IMG/VR virus record: IMGVR_UViG_3300037424_002697
Location: 1 to 56,764 of that record
Direction: 5' to 3' (one strand)
Source of the DNA: a virus
Taxonomy: Duplodnaviria; Caudoviricetes
Length of the DNA: 56,764 bases
The position numbers and the translations under genes are program-made. Under the pieces are notes generated by a model, which saw nothing but the letters and a program-made list of their open reading frames with translations, was not told the origin of the DNA and made no database searches. This document shows, piece by piece, positions 36,729 through 46,774 of this stretch. Every line of letters begins with the position of its first letter. The first letter of the stretch is position 1.

Positions 36729-38366
36729 TCAGTAGAACTTGAATCCGTCTTTGAACCATTTTGGAAAAAATTTGTTGTTTTCCTCAAACAGTCGAATGAA
36801 GTCGCGGTCGAGGATGTAAGTTGATCCGTGATCCGTGTCGCTGCGCACGATGCGCCCACAGGCTTGCAGGATCGTCATGACAGTTTGCAGCGTGTACCAA
36901 TCGCGATCCAGTTTCATCCGGGCGGCAACCTGCCGGTCGCCAAGGTAGGGGTAAGGCACTTTGGCGATGATCTGAAACCGGGCAAGGTCATCGTCAAAAC
37001 TAAACCCTTCGGCGAGACTTGGGCTGAGCATGACGGTGGGTGCCGGGCTGACCCGGTGGAGATTGAAGTTGGCCGTTCGTTCCGATGCTCTGGTGGAAAA
37101 GAGCACGCGTTTATTGCTGCGGAAGTAATCGTAGATTTTCTGGCCCAGCGCGTAGCTGTGGCAGTGAATGATGCCTTTTTCCTGCGGGTGAGCCTCCAAG
37201 ATGGTTTCGCACATTTTCAGCAGGTGCGGCAGGGTTTGATCTATCCATGTGCGGCTCATGGAACCTACTGTCGTCATGTGAATCAGCCGGTTTTCCACTG
37301 GAAACGTGCTGTCCATCTCCAGCCACGCCACGCCGTCCGGCTCCAAGCCAAGGCTGCGGCAAAACACGTCTTTTGGACCCGGATAGGCGCTCATGTAAAC
37401 GCGCACTGAACTCATTTCGTCGATTAATTGCGGTACGAATGGCGCAGCGCTGAGCGGCTTGGCGGTGGATTGAAATTCGCCGTCCACTTTTTCCTGCCAG
37501 AAGACCCAGCCGTCAGGCCGGGCGGACATGTCGTCGACAGCGTAACTGAGGCGTCCAACGTGATTTTTAAGCTTGTTGAACTCGTCCTGCATTTTCCGGT
37601 TGTTGTATTCGCACGCTTGCAAGTTTGCGGTAAGCATTTCCATGCGTTCTTTGCAGATCACGAGGTAACTTTGGCGCAACCAGTCAGCGAATACCTCTAC
37701 ACTGTTTGTTTCCGGGGCGTAGCAGTCCGGTGCCCACGCTTCACGTGTGTCTTTGTTTACAATGACTTCAACAAAGCCGGTGATTTGTTTTTCCAGTGTG
37801 TGGCACTCGTCGGCGATCAGGACGGTGCGCGGTTTCAGTTCGCCGACGTACATGTGTTCTGTAAACAAATAAGGATAATTGGTGACAGCCACCTTGGACA
37901 TTTCGAAGCGCCAGCGAGCCTGCGTATAGGGGCACGATTTGTCGGAGCGCTGAGCGCATTTTTTGCCTCCGCCTTTTTCGCCTGCGGCGCTGGCCATGCC
38001 ACCGGCCATGCAGGTGATGTAGCGGTGACAGGGGTATTCAACAGAGCTTTTAAGAGAACCGGCGTCCGTGCGGAACTGGGGCAGGAACCGGGGAAAATCG
38101 TTTTCCAGTTGGTCTTGCAGCATTTTCTGGGTGACAAGGTAGTAGCCGCCGCGCTCAAATCCGGCAACCTCAAATGAATCTCCCCAAAGGCACGCGGCTG
38201 CGCCAATCCCGCTTTTGCCGATGCCCGTGGGCGCGGCGATCACGATGTCGCCGTAGCCTTTGCTTACGGCACGGGTGATGAAATCAAGCGCTCTGATCTG
38301 GGCTGCCCGTGGTTTTTCCATCGGGAAGTACGCCATCGCCGATTCCAATTGAACTGTTGAACTCAT
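36729..38366 (-). CDS. DinG/Rad3-like SF2 helicase
   Basis: APTGIGKS, Cys cluster ending CPY, DECH, KVPYP, QACGRIVRS..ILD. Confidence 0.9.
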   Translation of the reverse strand: MSSTVQLESAMAYFPMEKPRAAQIRALDFITRAVSKGYGDIVIAAPTGIGKSGIGAAACLWGDSFEVAGFERGGYYLVTQKMLQDQLENDFPRFLPQFRTDAGSLKSSVEYPCHRYITCMAGGMASAAGEKGGGKKCAQRSDKSCPYTQARWRFEMSKVAVTNYPYLFTEHMYVGELKPRTVLIADECHTLEKQITGFVEVIVNKDTREAWAPDCYAPETNSVEVFADWLRQSYLVICKERMEMLTANLQACEYNNRKMQDEFNKLKNHVGRLSYAVDDMSARPDGWVFWQEKVDGEFQSTAKPLSAAPFVPQLIDEMSSVRVYMSAYPGPKDVFCRSLGLEPDGVAWLEMDSTFPVENRLIHMTTVGSMSRTWIDQTLPHLLKMCETILEAHPQEKGIIHCHSYALGQKIYDYFRSNKRVLFSTRASERTANFNLHRVSPAPTVMLSPSLAEGFSFDDDLARFQIIAKVPYPYLGDRQVAARMKLDRDWYTLQTVMTILQACGRIVRSDTDHGSTYILDRDFIRLFEENNKFFPKWFKDGFKFY

Positions 38367-38391
38367 ACGACAAAGAACGTGTAGTTACGGC

Positions 38392-38799
38392 ATGGCGAAT
38401 TTCATGTATCCGAACGCGAAAAAGCTCATGCTTACCGGCCAGTTTAATTGGACGACTGACAACATACGCGCCATTTTGATTGCCACGGGGCAGTACACTC
38501 CATCCGTAAACCACGCCACGTTACTGGATATTCCTGCATCCGCGAAAGTTGCGACTTCTGATGTTCTTACCGGAAAAACTGTCGATGTCAATGTAGTTGA
38601 CGCCGATGATTACCTGTACACATACGTTTCTGGGCCGGAAGTAAACGCGGTTGTTCTTGTGGCTACGGGCACCAATGATGCAACCTCATTCCTGATATGC
38701 CATCTCGACGAAACCGTCGTCGGTTTGCCGTTCGCCCCCAGCGCGGGACCGGTTCAGCTAACTTGGAACGACGGAGCCAGCAAAATTTTCGCCCTGTAG
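38392..38799 (+). CDS. Putative virion structural protein
   Basis: MANFMY..NW..DNIRAIL..GLPF.P..TWNDGASKIFAL pattern; GTAGTTA 4 nt upstream. Confidence 0.7.
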   Translation: MANFMYPNAKKLMLTGQFNWTTDNIRAILIATGQYTPSVNHATLLDIPASAKVATSDVLTGKTVDVNVVDADDYLYTYVSGPEVNAVVLVATGTNDATSFLICHLDETVVGLPFAPSAGPVQLTWNDGASKIFAL

Positions 38800-38813
38800 C
38801 CGTTCTTAACGGA

Positions 38814-39050
38814 ATGGCGAATCATTTTCGACAGACCGCAGAGCAACTGCGGCAGATGGCCAGTGTCAAACGTCCGTCCGGTGTCGAAATTACGGCTGCG
38901 GAGCGCGAGGCGCTGGAGAGCGCGGCCAAGACGCTTTGTCGGTTGGAGCAGTTAAAACACGACATGATTGCCAGCGATCCCGAGGATGAGGCGGCGTCTG
39001 ACCGGCTGTGTGATGAATTGATGGCGGTGCTGGGCGTCCATCTGCGGTAG
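38814..39050 (+). CDS. Hypothetical protein
   Basis: MANHF start 7 nt after GTTCTT. Confidence 0.6.
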   Translation: MANHFRQTAEQLRQMASVKRPSGVEITAAEREALESAAKTLCRLEQLKHDMIASDPEDEAASDRLCDELMAVLGVHLR

Positions 39051-39057
39051 TTAAAGC

Positions 39058-41415
39058 ATGGCGAACGAAACGCTACGCTACATCAAGTACGACTATCAAA
39101 GTCAGAAAGATGCGCTTTTACAGCGTATCCGTGATCGCTGGCCCGGTCGCTGGAACGATTTTCTTGCCAATAGTCTTGGCATCGTGGTCGTCGATATTGT
39201 GGCGTGGGGGCTCGCCACGCTGGCATTTCTGGTCAATCGGGTTGCCGGTGAACAGTACATTCCGACGATGACGTTGCGGGAGTCCGCCGTGCGCCTTGGC
39301 GGGCTTACCGGTTATCAGTTGCGCAGCGCTCTCCCTGCTATCGTAAGCTGTGAAGCCGCGATTAACACGCCTCAGAGCGCGGACGTGACCATCTTTGAAG
39401 GCACGCTGATCCGTACGAGTGACAATAACGGATTGGCGTTTGAGGTTTCCAAAGATTACGTAATTGAGGCGGGGGAGTTGTCGCCCAAGGAGCTGGCGGC
39501 AACCTTCAGCCCTTCGTTGAGCGGCCAAAATGTCATCAATACGTTTTTGCAGGTGACCCAAGGATCAAGCGCTGTCGATGAGGTTGATACGACCATTGAC
39601 CTGTCTCAGTATGTTGAGATCGGCCAGACTCTTTACGAACTTGGAGACAGTGAACCTTACACCATTCAAAACATTGAAACCGCACCCGGCGGTGTAAGCG
39701 TGAATTCACGCATTGTTTTGAGCAGCGCATGGACCGGCACAACAGGCACCATTCAGGCACAGATTTATGATCAGCGTATTCAATTGGTCCAAGGTCAGAC
39801 AGTAACCGACCGCTTTGTGGCTCCCATACAAACGGCCAGCTATGCCGTGCGTTTGAGCCGCATTCCGGTAATTGACAATTCGGTGGAGGTTACCGTTAAC
39901 GGCGAGCCGTGGGAACAGGTCAGTTCAACCGGTATTCAAAGCGAGTTCGCTGAGGTTTTTCAGGTCAAAACTTTCGTGTCCGGCGACACGGCGGTTGTTT
40001 TTGGTGATGGCACGTTCGGGGCGCTGGTGCCTTCTGAAGCGGCAGTTACGATTACCTATCGCATTGGGGGCGGCGTGGCGGGCAATGTTGACCTTAACTC
40101 GATCAACACGACGATCACCGGGCTGATTCAGACGCTTTCAAACCCAGTTTCAATTCAGATTACCAATACGACCAGCACTGGCATTGGCGGACAGGAGGCA
40201 GAGACGCTGGAACAGGCGCGTGTAAACATTCCATATTACACGCGCACCAATGACCGAGCTGTCACGCTTGCGGATTATCAGACCATCGCGCAGCAGTATA
40301 ACGACCCGCAGTTTGGGTCCGTGGCGTACGCTCGATCTTCCGTGCGGACGGAGAACGCGCTTTTGGAAGGCAATATCGTCAGCATCTATGCGTGGACAAC
40401 GGGGCCGGGTGGAGGTTTGGTGCCGCTATCGGCTCAGTTAAAGACGGCTGTTCAGACGTATTTGCAAACCAAATCCGTTGGCACTGACTTCGTGCAGATA
40501 TTGGACGGCATGGCGCGTCCAGTGCCGATGAGTTTGCGCTTTAAAGTGCTCAAAGGTTTCAGCATCAGCGACACAAAGAATCTCGTCATCGGTACCATCA
40601 ACGCGCACATCGTGGCGCTGCGCCCCGGTGATCCAGTGATTTACAGCGACATGGTGCATTCGCTGGATGAAGTTTTCGGCATGGATAATCTCGTCATGGC
40701 GACGCCGATTACCAACCTGTATCCCTCCAACACCACGGAGCTGTTTACAGTGCCACAGGATACGTTCATTTACATGCTGGACAAAACGGCCAGCGGCACG
40801 CCGGAGACGGACAGCAGTGGCGTTCAGGTCAGCCCGTATTCCGTGCAGCTTCCGGTTTTTCCTGTGCAAACGTGGTCGTTTAATTTATTTCTGGGATTGA
40901 ATGAAATCAGCGTCATGCCGTATGTTTACACCGGCACTGACAATCGCGTTTTGGTTCAGCAGGGTCGTCTCATGGGAGAGAACCTGAGCAGCGACGACAG
41001 TTATGTCAGCGTGGTCAATTTGTTAACGGGTCAAGCCACTCTCTGGATCAAAGGCGCTCCCGGTGATCTGACCATGCAGTTGGTGACCGCTCAGGGTTAT
41101 CGCGCTGAGCGCGTGGTGAATCTGTATATCGGTTACAGTGGTGACACGAGCCAGACCAAACGCCGTGAAATTCGCTCCGCCCTACAAGCGTGGGGTGAAG
41201 GTTTGTTTGTCGGCGGCGCGATCTACGCCCAGCGGGTCGAGGGTATTTCAGCTTCGGTCGTCAGCGTCGCGGACATGGTGGCCGCTGTTCCGGGTGTTGA
41301 TTTAGTCAATCGTGTAGCCCTTGATACTCCGGCCAACAGTCAAGACCGTGTTACGGCGTCAGACTTTGAGCTTTTGCGCTTGGGGCAGGTTGTGTTGAAC
41401 AATCAGGTTGATTGA
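39058..41415 (+). CDS. Baseplate wedge protein (T4 gp6/baseplate J-like)
   Basis: DYQS..WNDF..S.G, ESAVRL..GY, FGDGTFG..P..YRIGGG..GN, GG.EAETLE..RAVTLADY. Confidence 0.9.
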   Translation: MANETLRYIKYDYQSQKDALLQRIRDRWPGRWNDFLANSLGIVVVDIVAWGLATLAFLVNRVAGEQYIPTMTLRESAVRLGGLTGYQLRSALPAIVSCEAAINTPQSADVTIFEGTLIRTSDNNGLAFEVSKDYVIEAGELSPKELAATFSPSLSGQNVINTFLQVTQGSSAVDEVDTTIDLSQYVEIGQTLYELGDSEPYTIQNIETAPGGVSVNSRIVLSSAWTGTTGTIQAQIYDQRIQLVQGQTVTDRFVAPIQTASYAVRLSRIPVIDNSVEVTVNGEPWEQVSSTGIQSEFAEVFQVKTFVSGDTAVVFGDGTFGALVPSEAAVTITYRIGGGVAGNVDLNSINTTITGLIQTLSNPVSIQITNTTSTGIGGQEAETLEQARVNIPYYTRTNDRAVTLADYQTIAQQYNDPQFGSVAYARSSVRTENALLEGNIVSIYAWTTGPGGGLVPLSAQLKTAVQTYLQTKSVGTDFVQILDGMARPVPMSLRFKVLKGFSISDTKNLVIGTINAHIVALRPGDPVIYSDMVHSLDEVFGMDNLVMATPITNLYPSNTTELFTVPQDTFIYMLDKTASGTPETDSSGVQVSPYSVQLPVFPVQTWSFNLFLGLNEISVMPYVYTGTDNRVLVQQGRLMGENLSSDDSYVSVVNLLTGQATLWIKGAPGDLTMQLVTAQGYRAERVVNLYIGYSGDTSQTKRREIRSALQAWGEGLFVGGAIYAQRVEGISASVVSVADMVAAVPGVDLVNRVALDTPANSQDRVTASDFELLRLGQVVLNNQVD

Positions 41416-41863
41416 GAACGCAGAAGTGTTCGAAGACTTCCAAACGGCCTCCGGTGATTTTTGCCAAATCGTCAGCCATTTTTCGTTCCGTGGCTCGCCA
41501 TGTATCATCAATAACAATGGGAACGTCGGCACGAAACAGGTTAACATTTTTGATAAAACCAAGGCGTGGCTCGCTACCGACTGGGCCGTCCACGAGGATC
41601 AGGTCGTAGTCCTTAGGTAATTCAGCTTCCAAAACTGCAAGATCGTACCAGCCGTTGACCTGACATGCGCGGATATAATGGCTGGGGTACTTGTCCCAGT
41701 ACAGTGGGTTATCCTCGACCGAGGTTAATCGGTAGTGTTCCGACAGGTAGCGCGTGCTCACGCTGCCGCTGCCCAGTTCAAGAATGTGTTTGCCATTCGG
41801 CAGATGCGTTCTGATCCACTCGAACAACGGTGCTGTGATACCGGAGCCACCCCAGTTTTTCAT
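41351..41863 (-). CDS. SAM-dependent methyltransferase-like protein
   Basis: ILELGSG..S, YDLILVDGP..R, IVIDD. Confidence 0.75.
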   Translation of the reverse strand: MKNWGGSGITAPLFEWIRTHLPNGKHILELGSGSVSTRYLSEHYRLTSVEDNPLYWDKYPSHYIRACQVNGWYDLAVLEAELPKDYDLILVDGPVGSEPRLGFIKNVNLFRADVPIVIDDTWRATERKMADDLAKITGGRLEVFEHFCVLNQPDCSTQPAPSAKAQSLTP

Positions 41864-42528
41864 CCTGTTTTAAGCGCCAGTTTCACCTGATCGTTTAGTT
41901 TGTTATTCCAAAACTGAAAGTCTTTGCCGAGCGTGTTTACGGGCAAACCCTTGCTTCCGGCTTTTATTTTCCAAGCCAAGAATTGAGCTTGGTAATTTTC
42001 AGCGTTGGTTGTGAAGTCTTCGAGGCGGGATAAATTGATTGGAATCACTTTTTCGAGCTGGTGAACAATATCACACGGATCGGTTACCAGTTTTTCATAC
42101 TCAATCAAGTGTTTTGGTCCTTTCCAGTGTGCCCAGATTTGTTCGTTTTCAGCGTGCCATTGAGCAAGAGCTGTCAGATTGTGTGGAATGCCGCTCTGGT
42201 TTAATTGAGCTGTTAATGTGTCTGGGTCGGCTCGCAGTTGGCTGGCGTAGAACGAAACGCAAACCTCAATTCGGTCACGATGAACGTAAATCAAGGTTGA
42301 GTTGTTGTTGTCCTCTGGAAAATGTTTGAAATCTCTAAGACGGTGCGCCCATTGAATGACAGGTGCACTGGCAGGCACGGGCTTTCCGATATTGACTATG
42401 TTTACCGTGCTGTCAGGAACACCGGTGGGGCTGGCTATCTGAATACCGGAGCAGTACTCAAGAATAAAAAGCAGCCAATTGCTTGCTGTGCGCGGGTAAG
42501 CCAGCAGGAAAATCGATGGTTCACTCAC
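41860..42528 (-). CDS. Sulfotransferase-like protein
   Basis: LAYPRTASNWL (5'-PSB-like), VHRDRIEVCVSFY (3'-PB-like), IEYEKL. Confidence 0.65.
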   Translation of the reverse strand: MSEPSIFLLAYPRTASNWLLFILEYCSGIQIASPTGVPDSTVNIVNIGKPVPASAPVIQWAHRLRDFKHFPEDNNNSTLIYVHRDRIEVCVSFYASQLRADPDTLTAQLNQSGIPHNLTALAQWHAENEQIWAHWKGPKHLIEYEKLVTDPCDIVHQLEKVIPINLSRLEDFTTNAENYQAQFLAWKIKAGSKGLPVNTLGKDFQFWNNKLNDQVKLALKTG

Positions 42529-43166
42529 ATTTCTGGGTTTTTGAGCAGCACGTCGCCACCGACATCTGCCACGATCGTCCAACCGGGGAACCGGGCCAAG
42601 ATGTCGTCAAGGCTGCTGGAGTCTTTGTACAGTGTGCCGCTGTCGTATTCCGTCCAAATTAAACGCGTCTTGGGCAGCATGTTCGGAGCGCCGTCAAAAA
42701 CCAAACGCTCTGCGCCCTGAACATCCATCCAGATGAAGTCGATGTGATCCAGTCCGTGCTGGGCGCAGAAGTCGTCCAGACGCCAGCATTGGACCTCCAC
42801 GTCGCTCAGGTGTTTGAGCCAAGGCCAGCTTTGAGTCAGGACTGGGGTGAAGTCGCTGATACTGCTTTGGCCGACCGCGCCATTGGGTTCACAGGTTGAC
42901 AGGTGAAATGGAGTTTTGCCGGTGATGTGCCCCACCGCTTCCGGGTGGAAATTCATTCGTGTGGGCAGTCCCACTGCAATGATTTTGGATATGTTGCGCG
43001 GGTCGGGTTCAAAACCGTGAAAGCAGGGCGCTGACTGGCACCATGAAAGCAGCATGTTCGTGTGATAACCGTCACACATGCCCAGTTCGAAGATCACTGG
43101 ATGCTGCGTGGTGCGGATGTGCTCATGGATGCGTTCGTAGGCAAATTCCAAGGTGTGCGCTGGCAT
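42525..43166 (-). CDS. FkbM-family methyltransferase
   Basis: IFELG..G, FEPDP, RLDDF..IDFIWMDVQGAE. Confidence 0.88.
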   Translation of the reverse strand: MPAHTLEFAYERIHEHIRTTQHPVIFELGMCDGYHTNMLLSWCQSAPCFHGFEPDPRNISKIIAVGLPTRMNFHPEAVGHITGKTPFHLSTCEPNGAVGQSSISDFTPVLTQSWPWLKHLSDVEVQCWRLDDFCAQHGLDHIDFIWMDVQGAERLVFDGAPNMLPKTRLIWTEYDSGTLYKDSSSLDDILARFPGWTIVADVGGDVLLKNPEM

Positions 43167-44050
43167 AAAGTAAACAGGTCGTGAAAAAGAGTGTTGATAC
43201 GCTGAATGTAAGTATGCTGATGGGACAGCGCGTACCCTGCTTGTGCGATTCGCTGCCATGCATCATTGCTTGTATACAGTTTTGCGAGGTCGACAGCTTC
43301 ATCAATGGTTCGGTAAAAAAGGCAGTTTACATTATGTTTGAAGCCTAGCGCTTCCATTTCTGGGTCGTATTCTGTCAGCAGGCAGGTGCCAAGACCGACG
43401 GTTTCCCAGTTTCGATAATTGATGTCGCCGTTGAGCCCTTTGTTGAACTGAATTTTAGCATCGAGCACGGCCTCGACGTATTTCATTCCGGTGACTCCGT
43501 AACTGTATTCCAGCCCGGCTTCAGCGATCATGCGGTTGATGGCAGCAGCGCGTGGCGTGGCTTTGCCGCCGATGAAGATCAACGGGTGCGTATGCTTGCC
43601 CGTGTAATTTTTGGCGTTGAAAAATCGGTCGTCCACGCCGTTTGGAAAATAGATGTGTTTTGGGCCGGGGTAGAGATGCTGGTAAGGTTTAATGAACCTA
43701 CGCGTGGAATGCAGGATGATGTCGTAGCCTTTAATGGCCTCCGCGTAAGCATTGAGCGGCTGCCAGTGAGCATCAATGATCCAGAAAATGCGTTGTGCCC
43801 GCCAGCATCCGTTAACGTGTGGCAGCCAGCTAAACTCGTAATTCTCGCAGGTGAAGATGCCGTCATAACTGTTAAAATCCGGCGTTTGACGGTAGTTTGC
43901 ATGGCGCAGGCCCCAAACATCCACGTTGTCACCGAGGGTGAACAACGCGTGCTGGATGGCGTAGCATTCCCGCATCATCCAGTTCGGTTCCCACGGATCA
44001 CCGGGCTGGCCTTTGTGTGTTCCGTCTGATTGGATTACAAGCCACTTCAC
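43094..44050 (-). CDS. GT-B glycosyltransferase (CgeB/Glyco_trans_1_2-like)
   Basis: AKIQFN..INYRNWE..G.CLLT..IAQAG..HTY.QR. Confidence 0.8.
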   Translation of the reverse strand: MKWLVIQSDGTHKGQPGDPWEPNWMMRECYAIQHALFTLGDNVDVWGLRHANYRQTPDFNSYDGIFTCENYEFSWLPHVNGCWRAQRIFWIIDAHWQPLNAYAEAIKGYDIILHSTRRFIKPYQHLYPGPKHIYFPNGVDDRFFNAKNYTGKHTHPLIFIGGKATPRAAAINRMIAEAGLEYSYGVTGMKYVEAVLDAKIQFNKGLNGDINYRNWETVGLGTCLLTEYDPEMEALGFKHNVNCLFYRTIDEAVDLAKLYTSNDAWQRIAQAGYALSHQHTYIQRINTLFHDLFTLCQRTPWNLPTNASMSTSAPRSIQ

Positions 44051-44226
44051 GTGATTTCCTGTTCAAGTTCCTTGGCGCACATGCGCAGAAAAGTTCCGGC
44101 TGAGAGCATCTGATCGCACGGAGTTCCAGCGGCCCGAGCTTCTTCTACTTGCCGCATGTACTGATCAGCGTCTTTGCGCCAGCGTGTTAGCAGTTTCACG
44201 ATTTTGGCTTTTTCTTCGTCGGTCAT
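44047..44226 (-). CDS. Small hypothetical protein (59 aa)
   Basis: MTDEEKAKI; 4-nt overlaps at both ends. Confidence 0.55.
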   Translation of the reverse strand: MTDEEKAKIVKLLTRWRKDADQYMRQVEEARAAGTPCDQMLSAGTFLRMCAKELEQEIT

Positions 44227-44753
44227 CGGATGAAAGTGTACCAGCAAGTTCCCATCAGGCTCACTCGGTCGCCCAGTAATTCGTCGACGGCTTCTTTGAC
44301 ACCGCAGGGTTCGCCGTAATCGTGGCCAGAGAGCATTCCGCCTTGTTTGATCTTGGGAAGCCATGCGGTGATGTCAGCTTTGACGTGTGGTTTTTCGTGA
44401 TTCGCATCGATGAACGCGAAGTCAACCGACTTGTCTTCAAATTCGGCGCTGGCTGCGGCGCTCTCCTTGATGAGCGGCTTCACGTGTTCTTCCAGACCTT
44501 CGCGGTGCAGCCGGGTCACAAATTCCTCCCAGATCGGCGTACCGACCTGCCGGGCATAGTCTGTTTGCTTGTTTACATTGTCCCAGAGATCAACCGCGTA
44601 AAGATCGAACGGGGTGCCGCGAGCGATAAGTTGCCGGGCAAGAAAAGCGCAGCTCGCTCCGGTGTAAACACCAATTTCAACGTAACGGCTGAAGCGGTCG
44701 ATACCCGCGACGTAGCGGTAAAACGGCATGTAGTTGAAAAAAGCGTCAGACAT
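44223..44753 (-). CDS. Class I SAM methyltransferase (Methyltransf_24-like)
   Basis: VEIGVYTGAS, VDLW, DFAFIDANH, GGMLSGHDY. Confidence 0.88.
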   Translation of the reverse strand: MSDAFFNYMPFYRYVAGIDRFSRYVEIGVYTGASCAFLARQLIARGTPFDLYAVDLWDNVNKQTDYARQVGTPIWEEFVTRLHREGLEEHVKPLIKESAAASAEFEDKSVDFAFIDANHEKPHVKADITAWLPKIKQGGMLSGHDYGEPCGVKEAVDELLGDRVSLMGTCWYTFIR

Positions 44754-45534
44754 TGCTCAAGTAATCGATGAGAGGTTGAATTTTGTCCCTGTGCTGGCGG
44801 AACGGGCGCGGCAGGTGTGCTTCGATGTACGTTCCGTCGGCCAGTTTTTTGGGATCAAACATCCAGTTGGCGCGGCAGAGGGCGCGGGCTGTGTAGGGGT
44901 CATAGCCGCGAGGGGCGTGGATGACTGGCACTGGGTTAAATTTGAGTAAAGCACGCAGCAGGCTTTCGTCGCTGAATGTGTCAGGGTCTTCGTGGTGAAC
45001 GCTACGGGTAATGTCTTCTTTGTGATCGAACACGCGCATTCCAGCGAAGCTGTGAACGAAAGTGGGCCAGCTAAGGCCGAGCGGGTTAATCAGTGTGCGC
45101 CAGACCATGCTTTCTGCGGTTAGGTAGCCGACAGTGAATTTTCCTGCTTCGGGGCCAATGTATAGTTCAGAGCCAACAGTAATCAAATATCCCGGCGGGC
45201 GTTGCTGGATCAATTTGTAAACATAAGCTGTCTGAAGGGGCAGAAGGTCAATGTCGTTTATCATGTTGACGGAAGCATCGTTCCATGCGGCTGCCAGATG
45301 ATAGCGGGCGATTTTGGATTGGTTTGGCATCGGCACGCCGGGAACAGGGTGGTAGACTTCAACATGTCCGTGCTGTTTTAATTCCGCAAGGCGGCTGGTG
45401 CTGGGTTCGCCGACAAGTGCCAGCCAGACTTCAATGTCACCAAACAGTGTTCGCCAGCCTTGAGCTACGAGCGGCCAGAATTCAATGAACTTTGGATTGT
45501 CGTCGCTGCTCAGGATGATGCGGTCAAACTTCAT
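44746..45534 (-). CDS. Putative GT-A glycosyltransferase
   Basis: FWPLV..W, DID (DxD) motif, SDE, H.PRP. Confidence 0.6.
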   Translation of the reverse strand: MKFDRIILSSDDNPKFIEFWPLVAQGWRTLFGDIEVWLALVGEPSTSRLAELKQHGHVEVYHPVPGVPMPNQSKIARYHLAAAWNDASVNMINDIDLLPLQTAYVYKLIQQRPPGYLITVGSELYIGPEAGKFTVGYLTAESMVWRTLINPLGLSWPTFVHSFAGMRVFDHKEDITRSVHHEDPDTFSDESLLRALLKFNPVPVIHAPRGYDPYTARALCRANWMFDPKKLADGTYIEAHLPRPFRQHRDKIQPLIDYLSNV

Positions 45535-45540
45535 GTTTCG

Positions 45541-46092
45541 TCATGCTTCAAAAACGTGCCGGGTGTCTGTTACTTCTTGGTGTTCGACGGCAATGCCTGC
45601 TCGGGTGAATTTTTCCGAATCCATGTAGCTGGCTCCGCTGCGTCCGGCCAGATAGGTTTTAGCCCCCAGACAGTAACAGATTTCGACCAGACGATCGGTG
45701 CCCGTTAACGTGGAAGTGTGTTCCATGACGATTTCAGTTTTGATGCCGAGCAGCGCGGCCATGCGCACGATTATCTGGGTGTTACATCGCCAAAGTTCTG
45801 CGTGTATACAATCGTCAAACTGGCTGAACCAGTCGGCGTATTGAGGCAGCTTGCGCTTGATGGCCGCCCAGTCTTCATGCGGGCAGGCGTATTTTTTGTC
45901 CTCAATCGGCTCGAAGTGCTGGATGTTTTGCACGCTCATGGAATACCAGTGTTCTTGAAATTTGAAGCGGTGCTGGTACACCCGGCGGTTGAACTGGCAC
46001 TTTGTAAGAACAACGAAAATGTTTACCGCTGCCATCTTGGCGAAGAAGGGACGCCAAGGCACGAAATTAGGTTGGTGAATCGCCACTTTCAT
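45541..46092 (-). CDS. WbqC-family protein
   Basis: AIHQPNFVPW..FF.K, RLVEIC..LGA.TYL.G..G..Y. Confidence 0.85.
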   Translation of the reverse strand: MKVAIHQPNFVPWRPFFAKMAAVNIFVVLTKCQFNRRVYQHRFKFQEHWYSMSVQNIQHFEPIEDKKYACPHEDWAAIKRKLPQYADWFSQFDDCIHAELWRCNTQIIVRMAALLGIKTEIVMEHTSTLTGTDRLVEICYCLGAKTYLAGRSGASYMDSEKFTRAGIAVEHQEVTDTRHVFEA

Positions 46093-46774
46093 AATGAGTC
46101 CAGTTTTTTCGCATGACGACGGTGATGTCGTTGTGCAGGTAGCTGCGAATCAATTCCCATGAATTACACCCGCACGCCTGAATCAGGCGCAGCAACTTGG
46201 CCGGTTGCCAGCGGATCATGCCTTGAGTAGGCACAATGAGATTTTTTGGAACATCAATGCTCAACACGTTGAATATGACACCACGTTTTGCGGCTGTAAA
46301 CAAACGATCAAGCAGTTCGGGATAATTGTGAGCGTCACCGGAATAGGAAAGGACGCCGCTGGCAACGATGACATCCGGTTTGAGCCGGATAATTTTGTCG
46401 AAGGTTGTGTCTTCGAGGGCGTTGCCGACCATGAATTTTGCGCCTGTTTCGCGCCAGCGTTCTCGCGCCCACTTTATGAGCTTGCGGTTGATGTCCATGC
46501 CCACATATTCCACGGAACCTTTCAGTGTTTTATACAGTTCTCCGTCATTACAGCCGTAATCCAGCAGTTTAATACCGCCTTCGCTGAACAGATCGAAGGC
46601 TACCAGTAAGCGGTGAATCACATCGAAACGAACCTGTCGGCTGCGGGCACTGAAACCGGAGGCAGCGCGAACGCCTTTTTCTTTAATCAGGGCTTCGTGA
46701 AAGTCAAAGGCGGAAATTTTCCGCCGGGAACCGGTCGCAGAAGTCTTGGTAGTGGAAGTCGTGTGTGTGCGCAT
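46067..46774 (-). CDS. Class I SAM methyltransferase
   Basis: Q.RF..LLDYGCNDG..YVGMDIN..DVIVASGVL; start uncertain. Confidence 0.8.
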   Translation of the reverse strand: MRTHTTSTTKTSATGSRRKISAFDFHEALIKEKGVRAASGFSARSRQVRFDVIHRLLVAFDLFSEGGIKLLDYGCNDGELYKTLKGSVEYVGMDINRKLIKWARERWRETGAKFMVGNALEDTTFDKIIRLKPDVIVASGVLSYSGDAHNYPELLDRLFTAAKRGVIFNVLSIDVPKNLIVPTQGMIRWQPAKLLRLIQACGCNSWELIRSYLHNDITVVMRKNWTHYESGDSPT

